Part shown: positions 1-9,375 of the stretch, piece by piece
Numbering within the stretch: the first letter of the stretch is position 1
Layout of the letters: each line of letters opens with the position of its first letter
IMG/VR virus record: IMGVR_UViG_3300042862_000198
Span: 58,177-122,176 of that record
Length of the DNA: 64,000 nt
From: a virus
Strand: one strand, 5' to 3'
Notes under the pieces: model-generated
Seen by the model: only the letters and a program-made list of their open reading frames with translations
Told to the model about the DNA's origin: nothing
Database searches by the model: none
Program-made: the position numbers and the translations under genes

Positions 1-2
1 AT

Positions 3-962
3 ACTCAAACAGGTTGTGGTACAACATCTACATGTTGTAAAGAATTTCTTTGTGGTGAAACTTACTCATTAAGAGTAGATGTAAAAGGTTCTCCTGCAAT
101 GAGATTTTTAAATCACAATGCATATGCTACTATTGATGCTTATACTGGTTGTTGTCCAGATGGTGCTATTGCACCTACAGCTGTTGATTCAACTGGAGTA
201 TTTATTGCATGGGCAAATGGTTTAATTACTAATCCAATTGTAGCTCCGTTTTTACAAATTGTTGTTCAAACAGAACTTGGTGATTTATTATATGCTCCAG
301 GTACATCTGCTGCATTCTTAACAGCTAATGGTGCTACTACTTGGGATTTATATGTATCTCCAGGACACACAGCTAATGCTTGTGCAGGAATAATTATAAA
401 TGGTGCATATGTAGATACTAAGTTTGGAGATTGTTCATTCCAGATTTCTGATTTCTATGAAAAAGAGCCAGTTAGATTATATGCTTCTGAAGTAGATCTT
501 AATGGTGATCCTTGTACATTTGATTCTTTATGTACAGTTACTGAATGTGAAGGTCTTCAAGCTCAAGGTTTAGGTGAAACTATTTTAAGAGATCTTACTT
601 TGTCAGAATCTTACAGACAAAATTTCTTAGCAACAGATATCCGTATCCGTGAGATTACTCAAGGAAATCAAATTGTAACTTCTATTAATAGAAATGCACA
701 GTATTACAGATACATGTTACAACACAATGTACCACGTAATTACAATCCATCAGGAACATTTGATTCAGATCAGTATGTATTAGAGATATATTCTTTATTA
801 CCTCTTGCAACATTTTATACTGATACTGCTGGATGGTTAGGGTCTTGTGGTGTATGTGAAACAGAAGAATATACATGTTCTACAACATGTGTAGTTCCTA
901 TTCTTTTCCCTGCATTACCTGTATTTAATCCTTATAATACAGTTTCTTGTTGGGGACTATAA
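3..962 (+). CDS. Virion structural protein, probably an auxiliary head/capsid-associated protein of a crAss-like phage (5'-truncated)
   Basis: The frame is open from position 3 (TQTGCGTTSTCCKEFLCGETYSLRVDVKGSPAMRFLNH...), so the ATG at 99 is probably internal. Followed by a terminator. Function inferred from position at the head end of the structural module. Confidence 0.5.
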   Translation, partial: TQTGCGTTSTCCKEFLCGETYSLRVDVKGSPAMRFLNHNAYATIDAYTGCCPDGAIAPTAVDSTGVFIAWANGLITNPIVAPFLQIVVQTELGDLLYAPGTSAAFLTANGATTWDLYVSPGHTANACAGIIINGAYVDTKFGDCSFQISDFYEKEPVRLYASEVDLNGDPCTFDSLCTVTECEGLQAQGLGETILRDLTLSESYRQNFLATDIRIREITQGNQIVTSINRNAQYYRYMLQHNVPRNYNPSGTFDSDQYVLEIYSLLPLATFYTDTAGWLGSCGVCETEEYTCSTTCVVPILFPALPVFNPYNTVSCWGL

Positions 963-987
963 GAACAAATAATTAATTATTAACTAG

Positions 988-1024
988 AAAGGGGAGAAGA
1001 GTTTCATACTCCTCCCCTTTTTTT
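988..1024 (+). terminator. Rho-independent terminator
   Basis: GGGGAG-(AA bulge)-GAGT / loop TTCAT / ACTC-CTCCCC followed by a T7 run, 26 nt after the stop at 962. Confidence 0.8.
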
Positions 1025-1035
1025 ATATAAATACT

Positions 1036-1578
1036 ATGGCAAATCATGTATTAAGTTTAGAGGTACCTACTGTGATGAACACATGTATTTTAAGTATATT
1101 TGATACAAGTGTATATTCTGAATTAATTCCTGTTAGCTGTCCATTATTAACTATTACAGTACCAGGTTTTGCATATTCTGTACAAATTCCAGTTTCACCA
1201 AATTTCAATGAAACTATAACAGCATGTGATTTAAATTTACAAACAGAAAATTGTGGAATAAGTTATAATAATATACCTGATGGTATTTATATTATTAAAT
1301 ATTCAGTAGAACCATCTGATATAGTATTTGTAGAATACAATCATTTGAGAATTACAAAAGCATTAAATAGATATAATAATATTTTATGTAGAGTGGATGT
1401 TGCTGATTGTGACCCACCTTTTAGAATTAAAGAAAAATTAGAAGCACTTAGAATAATACGTATGTATCTAGATGCTGCTAAATCTAAAGTAGAAGTTTGT
1501 CATGAACCTCAAAAAGGAATGTCATTATACAACTATGCTTTAAAACTTTTAATGAAAATGGAATGTGTAAATTGTTAA
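1036..1578 (+). CDS. Putative virion structural protein (beta-rich N-terminus, helical C-terminus)
   Basis: 180-aa ORF; the IPDGIYIIKYSV segment resembles an Ig-like strand; lies in the structural module. Confidence 0.5.
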   Translation: MANHVLSLEVPTVMNTCILSIFDTSVYSELIPVSCPLLTITVPGFAYSVQIPVSPNFNETITACDLNLQTENCGISYNNIPDGIYIIKYSVEPSDIVFVEYNHLRITKALNRYNNILCRVDVADCDPPFRIKEKLEALRIIRMYLDAAKSKVEVCHEPQKGMSLYNYALKLLMKMECVNC

Positions 1579-1605
1579 ATTATTAAACCTTTAAAAACCA
1601 ACCAA

Positions 1606-1818
1606 ATGAGTCAATGTTCAAATTGTAATCAAAAATTATCTTGTGGATGCCAAAGAAGAAATGCATCTAATGGAGTTCAAGTATGTAGTAATTGTTTAAC
1701 TAGTTATGAATCTCAAATACAAGCTACTAATCAACCTTCTGTAATTACAGAAGCAGAAGTAAAAACAGAAGAACCTCTTCATAGAAGAGCAATGTTACAA
1801 AGAAGATTTACAAAATAA
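1606..1818 (+). CDS. Small Cys-rich protein (CxxC...CGC...CxxC), possible metal binder
   Basis: MSQCSNCNQKLSCGCQRR...CSNC; tightly packed between neighbouring genes. Confidence 0.6.
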   Translation: MSQCSNCNQKLSCGCQRRNASNGVQVCSNCLTSYESQIQATNQPSVITEAEVKTEEPLHRRAMLQRRFTK

Positions 1819-1827
1819 AATTATATA

Positions 1828-4395
1828 ATGCCTGATACTGCTTTAATTTATTTTATTCCTTGCTGTGCTCCTGGAGATACTAGTATAGTATTTAGAGGTG
1901 CTCCTATTGCTGGTATAACAAATAATTCTTATTGGGTTTATACAGATGCAACAGCTATTCTTGGACAAGGTACATCACCATGGGATTCATTAATCCCTGG
2001 TCAATGTTATAATATATTTTTTGGTTCAACACCAGGTATTTCTACTGCTCCAATACTTACTTTAACTGTTTCTAGTTTTAGTAATAGTGCAGCTTATTTT
2101 CAAACAGATAAAACATGTACCGCACCTTATTGTGTGAATATTTGTAATCCTTTACCACCACAAGAATTTACAAATAGATACTATAAGTTTACACCTTGTT
2201 GTGATCCTGATAATCCAGTTTATTTTAAACCTGTTACTTTAGGAACACAGATAGCAACCGGTGTTGCAATATATTCTGCAACAATTACTCCAAATCCATA
2301 TCCAACAACTGATATTTTTGGAAATCCAGATAATCCACTTATTGCTAATTTTTGTTATAGCATAACAATGGAAAATGCAGGACCTGGAATGCATGTAACA
2401 AATGCTACTGAATGGAATAATTTACAAGAAGCTCCTAATAATGCTTCATCAAATTTTTTATATGTAAGTCAAGGTACAAGTTGTACAGCTCCACAAGTTA
2501 TTAGCAGTTGTCCAAGTTGTAATCCTTTTTGTTTTACCTTATGGTCATGTGATGGTTCTCAACCTCTTTTTACAACTTATACAGATTTAACAGCTTATAT
2601 CGGAACTAATATACTTGTAAGTAGTTTAGATCCAGATGATAATATAGTTGATGTTTGTGTATTTGTTCAAGACTCAACTGGTAATAATTGTACAAATGCA
2701 ATTGAAGTTGTAGTAGAATCAGAAACTTGTGAATGTGACTGTACATGTTATACTATACTTGGTGTAATTAAATCAGTAGAATGGATTGATTGTGATGGTG
2801 TCTATCATTTAGTAGCTACACCACAAAGTCCTTTTCAAATATGTGCCGGAGCATATCCATTAACATATCCTTCAATACCAGATAACCCTTTACAAATTAT
2901 AGACAATGGTTTATGTATTGAAAGTACAATTTTTAATGATGAAACATGTGAGGAAGAAACTGTATTTAATTGTGAGCCTGCTTGTTATTTATTAGAAGAT
3001 TGTTTAGATAATACAAATGTTATTTATTCTAACTCACCTTCATTACTTGGTCCTGCAAATCTTGGACAAGTAGTTACTATTGCTGGTTATACAGAATGCT
3101 GGAAAATATTAATTCCTCAAATATGTGACTGTCCAATAAATGTAACAGTATTAACAGTAAGTGACTGTTGTGAAGCATGTTTACCTAATATAAATTATAA
3201 ACTTACAACCTGTAATGATTCAAATGTATATGTTTATACATCAGATGATTTAAGTCTATATGTTGATAAAGTTATAAGAAGAGAAGACTGTCCAGATGAA
3301 TGTTGGATTGTATCTCAAATTGATGGTAACATACCAACAGATATACCTATTGTAGTTTTAGAAGATTATTTAGATTGTGAATTATGTTATAGAAAATATT
3401 ATTTGCTTGAAGATTGTATAGGTTTACAAAATGATATAATAACATATACGGATCTTTCAGATTATGTTGGTAAAGTAATTACATTAGATTGGTGTCCTGA
3501 AACATGTTGGGAAATAACTGAAACTATTGAAGATGATACTGCTGGTATTATATCAGATATTTTAAATACATATAATGTCTGTGTTGATTGTTTAACAAAT
3601 GCTTCTTGTATTTGTAGTACAATAAAAAATTATAATACTATATCACAAATATATAAGTATTTAGATTGTTATGGAATATTACAAAGTATTACATTACTTC
3701 CAAATCAAAAAAGTAATAGGTTATGTTTAATAAGATGGTATGCACCAGAACCTTGTGATGAACTTATAGTAACTATAACATCTTCTACAGGAATTGTATC
3801 TAATATTACACTATATCAAAATAGTGTAAATCATCCAGGACCTGTAATTGTAAATGATAAACCAACTTGGAAAGATACAGGAAATAATTTATATATATAT
3901 TATGATGGTGCAAAATGGATATTAAGTAAAAATTTGACTCCATCGGTATTACCTTCTGTTTATACTACTATTGGTTTTATTAACTGTAATGGAGATTGTG
4001 ATTGCCCAACAGGAACATGGGAACAAAGTTCAAGCATTCCAAATCAAGATGTTTATGTAACAACTGAACTTAAATATACAATAGAATATTTTGGTAACTG
4101 TATAAATGGTGTATGTCCTCCAAGAAAAAATAGTCAAAAATCTGTTACTCCTGGTTACAATACTCCAGGGTGTGAAGCATGGAAGTATGAAGAAATTTCT
4201 TGTAGAGCTGCAGAAGCAATGTACAAACAAGTTTTAGAATTAAGATATGGAATATCAAATTGTTGTCCTGATGAGGATGAACAATATATTGTACAAAAAG
4301 AACTTATAGATTTAGCTGCATTAAATGATCCAGCTTATCCATGTTCTACAAATTCATGTGGATGTAATAATGATTGTAATTGTTCAACAACATAA
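1828..4395 (+). CDS. Cys-rich repeat-containing virion protein (putative tail/fibre component)
   Basis: 855 aa; about four degenerate repeats YxLxxC...YTxxDLSxYVxKVI...CxxxCWxV; C-terminus YKQVLELRYGISNCC followed by a Cys-rich tail. Confidence 0.55.
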   Translation: MPDTALIYFIPCCAPGDTSIVFRGAPIAGITNNSYWVYTDATAILGQGTSPWDSLIPGQCYNIFFGSTPGISTAPILTLTVSSFSNSAAYFQTDKTCTAPYCVNICNPLPPQEFTNRYYKFTPCCDPDNPVYFKPVTLGTQIATGVAIYSATITPNPYPTTDIFGNPDNPLIANFCYSITMENAGPGMHVTNATEWNNLQEAPNNASSNFLYVSQGTSCTAPQVISSCPSCNPFCFTLWSCDGSQPLFTTYTDLTAYIGTNILVSSLDPDDNIVDVCVFVQDSTGNNCTNAIEVVVESETCECDCTCYTILGVIKSVEWIDCDGVYHLVATPQSPFQICAGAYPLTYPSIPDNPLQIIDNGLCIESTIFNDETCEEETVFNCEPACYLLEDCLDNTNVIYSNSPSLLGPANLGQVVTIAGYTECWKILIPQICDCPINVTVLTVSDCCEACLPNINYKLTTCNDSNVYVYTSDDLSLYVDKVIRREDCPDECWIVSQIDGNIPTDIPIVVLEDYLDCELCYRKYYLLEDCIGLQNDIITYTDLSDYVGKVITLDWCPETCWEITETIEDDTAGIISDILNTYNVCVDCLTNASCICSTIKNYNTISQIYKYLDCYGILQSITLLPNQKSNRLCLIRWYAPEPCDELIVTITSSTGIVSNITLYQNSVNHPGPVIVNDKPTWKDTGNNLYIYYDGAKWILSKNLTPSVLPSVYTTIGFINCNGDCDCPTGTWEQSSSIPNQDVYVTTELKYTIEYFGNCINGVCPPRKNSQKSVTPGYNTPGCEAWKYEEISCRAAEAMYKQVLELRYGISNCCPDEDEQYIVQKELIDLAALNDPAYPCSTNSCGCNNDCNCSTT

Positions 4396-4455
4396 TTTAA
4401 ATATATAGCAATAAGATAATATACTACTTTAAATAAAAATAAAAAAATACTAAAA

Positions 4456-6750
4456 ATGGAAGCAATACTTTTAAAAATTGAAGAATTAGGAAAAGAACTT
4501 TTTTTAAACAATAATTCTAGATTAAATACTTCATCTAATATAACTAGTATTTCATATGGTTATAAACATGTTAATAATATTCAAACAGATGAGTTGTGTG
4601 TTGTTTATACTGTTAAAGAAAAAAAACCAATATCAGAACTTTTACCTTCAGAAATTATTTCAAAAACAATATCAATTGATAATGCACTTGTAAAAACTGA
4701 TGTAAAAGAATTACATAGTATAGAATTATTAGTATGTAATCCAGTATGTGGTCAAGTTGCAGGTCCAAATTCTGCAGCTAACAGAGCTCTTACAAGACCA
4801 TTAAAAGGTGGATTATCAATAACTTCTACTAATACAGTAACTAGTGTTGGAACAATGGGTTTTATTGCTGTTCATACTGCTACTAATACTTTAGTTGGTG
4901 TAACAAATAATCACGTTGTAATACAAGATGCATATATTGCTTGTGATAGAGGAAATTCTACTCCATATGAAAATGAATATCAACCAATAAATAGTGTATA
5001 TCAAAATGGAGAAGCAGGTGTAATACCTCCTCCAAATTATACAATTGGGCAAACATTAAAATATAAACCAATATATGCTAGTACAACAAATGATGTAGAT
5101 TGTGCTATATTTTCATTAAGACAACCAGATATTGATATGACTAATCCTTCAACATCTGGAATGCAAGTAGGAGAAGCTTATACTAATTGTTTACCTTTTG
5201 CAACAACTGCAGAAATAAATAATTTGCTTGTATCTAATCCTATGTTATATTCTTCAGGAAGAACAACAGGACCAAAAGGAGGGGTTGGTTGTCCACTTAG
5301 AATACTATCAACATTTAATGCTTTTCAAATAAATTATCCATTACAAGGTGTTAATGTTCCATGTACTTTTATTAATGTACTTTCATTTGTAAAACCTGAA
5401 TTTGATCCTAGTTTATCAACCACATGTTTTAATCCTATTGTTCCTGGTGATTCTGGTTCAGCATTAATTGCTGATTTTGGAGGAGTTAGAAAAATTATTG
5501 GTTTAGTTTTTGCAGGTGCAAAAGATTCAGCTGGAAATACTATTATTGGTTATGCATGTAGAATTGATGTTGTAGCTACTCAAATGGGTATACAAGCATG
5601 GGATTGTACAAATAAAAGTTTTGTAGATGAATCATCTATTGTATATAAAACAGTACCTGGATTATCATGTATTGAAACATTACAGTGTTCTCTTTCAGAT
5701 CCTATATATTATCAAGCTGGAATAACTAATACACTTAGCAATCCTTGTCCAACTCCTCTTATAAATGATTTTACTACAACATGGGAAACTACAACTGCAA
5801 GTGAATCTATTGAACTACCTTATATTGCACCAGGAGATGGAGGAGTTTATTTAGGAACTATTAATTGGGGAGATGGTAATATAACTACTAATAGTTTTGC
5901 TAATAGAATTCATACTTATTTAACACCAGGAACTTATACTGTAACAGTAACTGGAACTTGTAAAGGTTGGAACTTTAATAGAACAAATCCATATATTATA
6001 ACTAATGCAGTACGTGCTAAAATTAAATCTGTAGTATATTGGGGACAATTACAATCTCATCCTGGTGCTTTTCCTGGTACTGGTTTTGAGGGTATGTTTT
6101 ATGATTGTATAAATTTAAATTTAAATTTAGTTTTAGATACTTTAAATCTAACAGGAGTTGTTTCATTATCTGGAATGTTTAGTGGCTGTTCTTCTATTAC
6201 TTCAGTTAACGGTATTAATTTTTGGATTACTTCAGGAATTACTTATATGTCTCAAATGTTTCAGAATTGTTTTTCTTTCAATCAACCATTAAGTTTTGAT
6301 ACTTCAGCAGTTATTAATATGAATAGTATGTTTTTTGGGTGCTCGGTGTTTGATTCACTATTAACATTTAATACCTCTGCAGTAATTGATATGCAGTATA
6401 TGTTTATAAATTGTACTAATTTTGACCAACCATTAAATTTTAATACTATATTAGTTAATAATATGCAGTATATGTTTAATGGTGCCACAGCATTTGATCA
6501 AAATATAGGAGCATGGAATATAACAAGTGTTACTAATTTCTCAAACTTTATGTTAGGCAAAACACCTGCAACTTGGTCTCAAACAAATTTTGATAATCTT
6601 TTATGTGGATGGAGTTCTCAAACAGTTAATCCAAATTTAATTATAAATTTTGGAACAGCTAATTTTACAAATGCAACAGGATTAGCATGTAAAAATGTTT
6701 TAACTGGTGCACCTAATAATTGGATAGTAAATAGTGGTGGAGGTGTTTAA
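4456..6750 (+). CDS. Trypsin-like (Nal1-type) serine protease fused to PKD-like domain and DUF285/BspA-like repeats
   Basis: Triad motifs TNNHV (His 4912-4914), DVDCAIF (Asp 5098-5100), PGDSGS (Ser 5452-5454); also GRTTG and IIGLVFAG; PKD-like INWGDG...HTYLTPGTYTVTV; repeats MxxMFxxCxxFNQPLxFxTS. Confidence 0.8.
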   Translation: MEAILLKIEELGKELFLNNNSRLNTSSNITSISYGYKHVNNIQTDELCVVYTVKEKKPISELLPSEIISKTISIDNALVKTDVKELHSIELLVCNPVCGQVAGPNSAANRALTRPLKGGLSITSTNTVTSVGTMGFIAVHTATNTLVGVTNNHVVIQDAYIACDRGNSTPYENEYQPINSVYQNGEAGVIPPPNYTIGQTLKYKPIYASTTNDVDCAIFSLRQPDIDMTNPSTSGMQVGEAYTNCLPFATTAEINNLLVSNPMLYSSGRTTGPKGGVGCPLRILSTFNAFQINYPLQGVNVPCTFINVLSFVKPEFDPSLSTTCFNPIVPGDSGSALIADFGGVRKIIGLVFAGAKDSAGNTIIGYACRIDVVATQMGIQAWDCTNKSFVDESSIVYKTVPGLSCIETLQCSLSDPIYYQAGITNTLSNPCPTPLINDFTTTWETTTASESIELPYIAPGDGGVYLGTINWGDGNITTNSFANRIHTYLTPGTYTVTVTGTCKGWNFNRTNPYIITNAVRAKIKSVVYWGQLQSHPGAFPGTGFEGMFYDCINLNLNLVLDTLNLTGVVSLSGMFSGCSSITSVNGINFWITSGITYMSQMFQNCFSFNQPLSFDTSAVINMNSMFFGCSVFDSLLTFNTSAVIDMQYMFINCTNFDQPLNFNTILVNNMQYMFNGATAFDQNIGAWNITSVTNFSNFMLGKTPATWSQTNFDNLLCGWSSQTVNPNLIINFGTANFTNATGLACKNVLTGAPNNWIVNSGGGV

Positions 6751-6799
6751 TATATAATACTTTAAATCAACCTATATGCTTTTTTAAAAATAAACAATA

Positions 6800-6831
6800 G
6801 TTGCAAGTCTTAATAAAATTTTGTATATTAT
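6800..6831 (+). promoter_or_regulatory. Putative Bacteroidota-type promoter variant (-33/-7)
   Basis: GTTG(6800)-N20-TATATTAT(6824), with AAATTTT just upstream of the -7 box; same spacing recurs at three other intergenic sites. Confidence 0.45.
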
Positions 6832-6846
6832 ATTAATAGTAAACTT

Positions 6847-9363
6847 ATGAAACCATTAAATTACGATAACTCTCCATGTAGTCCAACATCATCTAACTGT
6901 GTTATTTGGCAAGGACCTAATTTACATTGTATTAAATTATGTACAGGAGATACTATATCAGATGTAATTGCAAATCTTGCAACTGAATTATGTACAGTAA
7001 TGGATCAGTTATCTATTACAAATTATGATCTTTCTTGTTTTAATTTAGTTGGTTGTAAACCAGAAACTTATCAAGAACTGTTACAATTTTTAATAGAACA
7101 GATTTGTTTAGCACAAGGTATATCTCCAACAACTGTTGATGGTAAAAGTAATGATGCTTTAATAACTGTAGCACCTTGTTTCATAGTTAATGGAATTACT
7201 GTAATGTCATTAACTGATTATGTAATTGCAATAGGACTTAGAATTTGTAATATAATTGATCAAATTTCAATTATTAATAATACACTTAATGAGTTAAATA
7301 TAAGAGTTTCAATATTAGAAGATGCTGTACCACCTACATATACATTACCATCTATTACTAGTGATTGTATATTACAAAATAGTCCTCAAATTGGAGGTAG
7401 TGGTTCTGGGCCAGTTCCTCTTGATCAATTATTAAGTATTCTTATAAATGATGATAATAATGGATACTGTGCATTAAGAAGTGCAACTGGATTACCTGTT
7501 GACTTAGTTAATTCTGTATTATCACAATGTATATTAAATTCTGATTTACAGTTATCTAATAATTTACCATTTTCTAATAATCCAAATTGGGAATCTAATT
7601 GGAATGTTGCTCCTACTATTACTGTAGCATCTTCAATAAATAATATTTGGGTAGCACTTTGTGATATATATAATTATTTAAATACACCACTAGGGTTAAC
7701 AATTACTGAAACTGTTTGTGAAACTGGTATTTCAGATGATGCAGATATTTATGGTTATATAGATAGTTCTTCTGGACCATATAATGGATCTAGTGCAATT
7801 GCTATACAAAATAGAGCAATAGTATGTTCAGCACTTAATGCTTGGTTTGTGAATTATCAATTAGCAAATCCAAGTTATACTGGTAATCTTTATATTTTTT
7901 CTACACCTATTGAAACCTATTTAAGTCATCCTAATAGTATTAAGTTAGGTCTTAATTTTAGTCAAACTTGGTTAAATCCTGCTGATGGTACTACTACAGG
8001 AGCTGTAGTACCTCCAGGTTATGCACCTGGATGGGCTGGACCTACTGCAATGTTATTTGTAGCATTTGTAAATGAATCTAATGCTGTATATCATAGTGCT
8101 ACTGTTCCTCCTTCTTTAATTAGTCCTGCCCAACCAACTGCTACATGGACTAGTAACTTTAATACATTTGTATTAGATTATAATACATATTGGTCTAGTT
8201 TTAATGCTGTTATATATCCAGCATATACAGCTAGTGCTAATGAAGAAAATTTTTTACTTCAAGCTTATGCTGCTACAAATAATGTAGATATTTCATTAGC
8301 TGGTTTAAGTGGAGCACTTGGAGTAAATTATAACTCTGCACTAACTAGTTTTGGAGGAACAAATGTTGGACCTGGAAGTAATGTTTATTTAGCTGCAAGT
8401 CAAGGTTTATGGAGTTATGGTTGGGGATCAATACTTAATAAAGCTGTAGATGGAGCAGGATTGCTTACATTTACAACTGTAGAATTTGAAACTGACTTAA
8501 ATAATTTATTAATTGGAGATACTTCTTGTAATTCAGAATCTTTAATTGAATCTTGGGATCCTATTTCACAGTCTTTAGTATTAAGACAAATAACATCATG
8601 TTGCTTAGATTTAAGTGTAACTTCTGAAGGATGTCTTTCTATAGAGTGTGCACCCGGAAGTTTAGCAATTGTAGAAGCTGGATCAAATATAGTTCTTCAA
8701 AATAATACTATAGGAACAACAACAACATATACTGTTAATAGTGCTGGCTTAGATTATTATTTTGCAAATGTTTTAATAGGAGGACCTAATGGTTGTAATA
8801 CTGTTACTGCAAGTATCCCTTCTGTAAGCAATGCTCCTGGTAAAACAGTTGCATATGGAGGTAATAATTATTCTGTGCCAAATAGAGTTCAAGATGTATT
8901 AAATTATAATTATGTAGATTCAAATGGAACTTATGTAGATTCTAGAGGAGGTACATCTTATGTTACAACTCCACCAACATCACCATTCTTATCTCTTGAT
9001 AATGCTACTGGAATATTTACTATATCTGAAGCAGGAGAATACTCATTAACTATGTCTTGTTCTTTAAAAGCATCTCAAAATAATGATGCTTATTGGAAAA
9101 CAACTGGAACAGATGGACGTTTTGATATAGGTATATGTAGTGGAGGTACTAATTCTAGAGAAATATTTGCTGGTGCTTCAAAAAATATTGTTACAAATAT
9201 GGATAGCAATGTACTAGTTACTGCACAATGCACAACACTGTTAGAAATTAATGATCAAGTAATTTTTAGATTATTAAATTTAACAGATGTAAATTATAAT
9301 GGTGGTGCTTATGGTAATTCAGATAGTATAAGTGTTAGTATAGTAAAACTTAGAGATTTATAA
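6847..9363 (+). CDS. Tail fibre/spike protein: Cys-rich N-terminal anchor, coiled coil, C-terminal C1q/TNF-like domain
   Basis: N-terminal PCSPTSSNCVIWQG...; heptads IIDQISIINNTLNELNIRVSILE; C-terminal LDNATGIFTISEAGEYSLTMS...LLEINDQVIFRL...SISVSIVKL, typical of C1q-like heads. Confidence 0.6.
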   Translation: MKPLNYDNSPCSPTSSNCVIWQGPNLHCIKLCTGDTISDVIANLATELCTVMDQLSITNYDLSCFNLVGCKPETYQELLQFLIEQICLAQGISPTTVDGKSNDALITVAPCFIVNGITVMSLTDYVIAIGLRICNIIDQISIINNTLNELNIRVSILEDAVPPTYTLPSITSDCILQNSPQIGGSGSGPVPLDQLLSILINDDNNGYCALRSATGLPVDLVNSVLSQCILNSDLQLSNNLPFSNNPNWESNWNVAPTITVASSINNIWVALCDIYNYLNTPLGLTITETVCETGISDDADIYGYIDSSSGPYNGSSAIAIQNRAIVCSALNAWFVNYQLANPSYTGNLYIFSTPIETYLSHPNSIKLGLNFSQTWLNPADGTTTGAVVPPGYAPGWAGPTAMLFVAFVNESNAVYHSATVPPSLISPAQPTATWTSNFNTFVLDYNTYWSSFNAVIYPAYTASANEENFLLQAYAATNNVDISLAGLSGALGVNYNSALTSFGGTNVGPGSNVYLAASQGLWSYGWGSILNKAVDGAGLLTFTTVEFETDLNNLLIGDTSCNSESLIESWDPISQSLVLRQITSCCLDLSVTSEGCLSIECAPGSLAIVEAGSNIVLQNNTIGTTTTYTVNSAGLDYYFANVLIGGPNGCNTVTASIPSVSNAPGKTVAYGGNNYSVPNRVQDVLNYNYVDSNGTYVDSRGGTSYVTTPPTSPFLSLDNATGIFTISEAGEYSLTMSCSLKASQNNDAYWKTTGTDGRFDIGICSGGTNSREIFAGASKNIVTNMDSNVLVTAQCTTLLEINDQVIFRLLNLTDVNYNGGAYGNSDSISVSIVKLRDL

Positions 9364-9375
9364 AAATAAAAAATA

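Noticed and set aside
99-962. ATG at 99 as gene start, or identity as the major capsid protein
   Set aside because: The frame is open to the window edge and no HK97-fold motif was recognisable.
7735-8290. vWA domain in the middle of the 838-aa fibre
   Set aside because: IYGYIDSSSG and FVAFVNES only loosely resemble MIDAS motifs (no DxSxS); not callable without a profile search.
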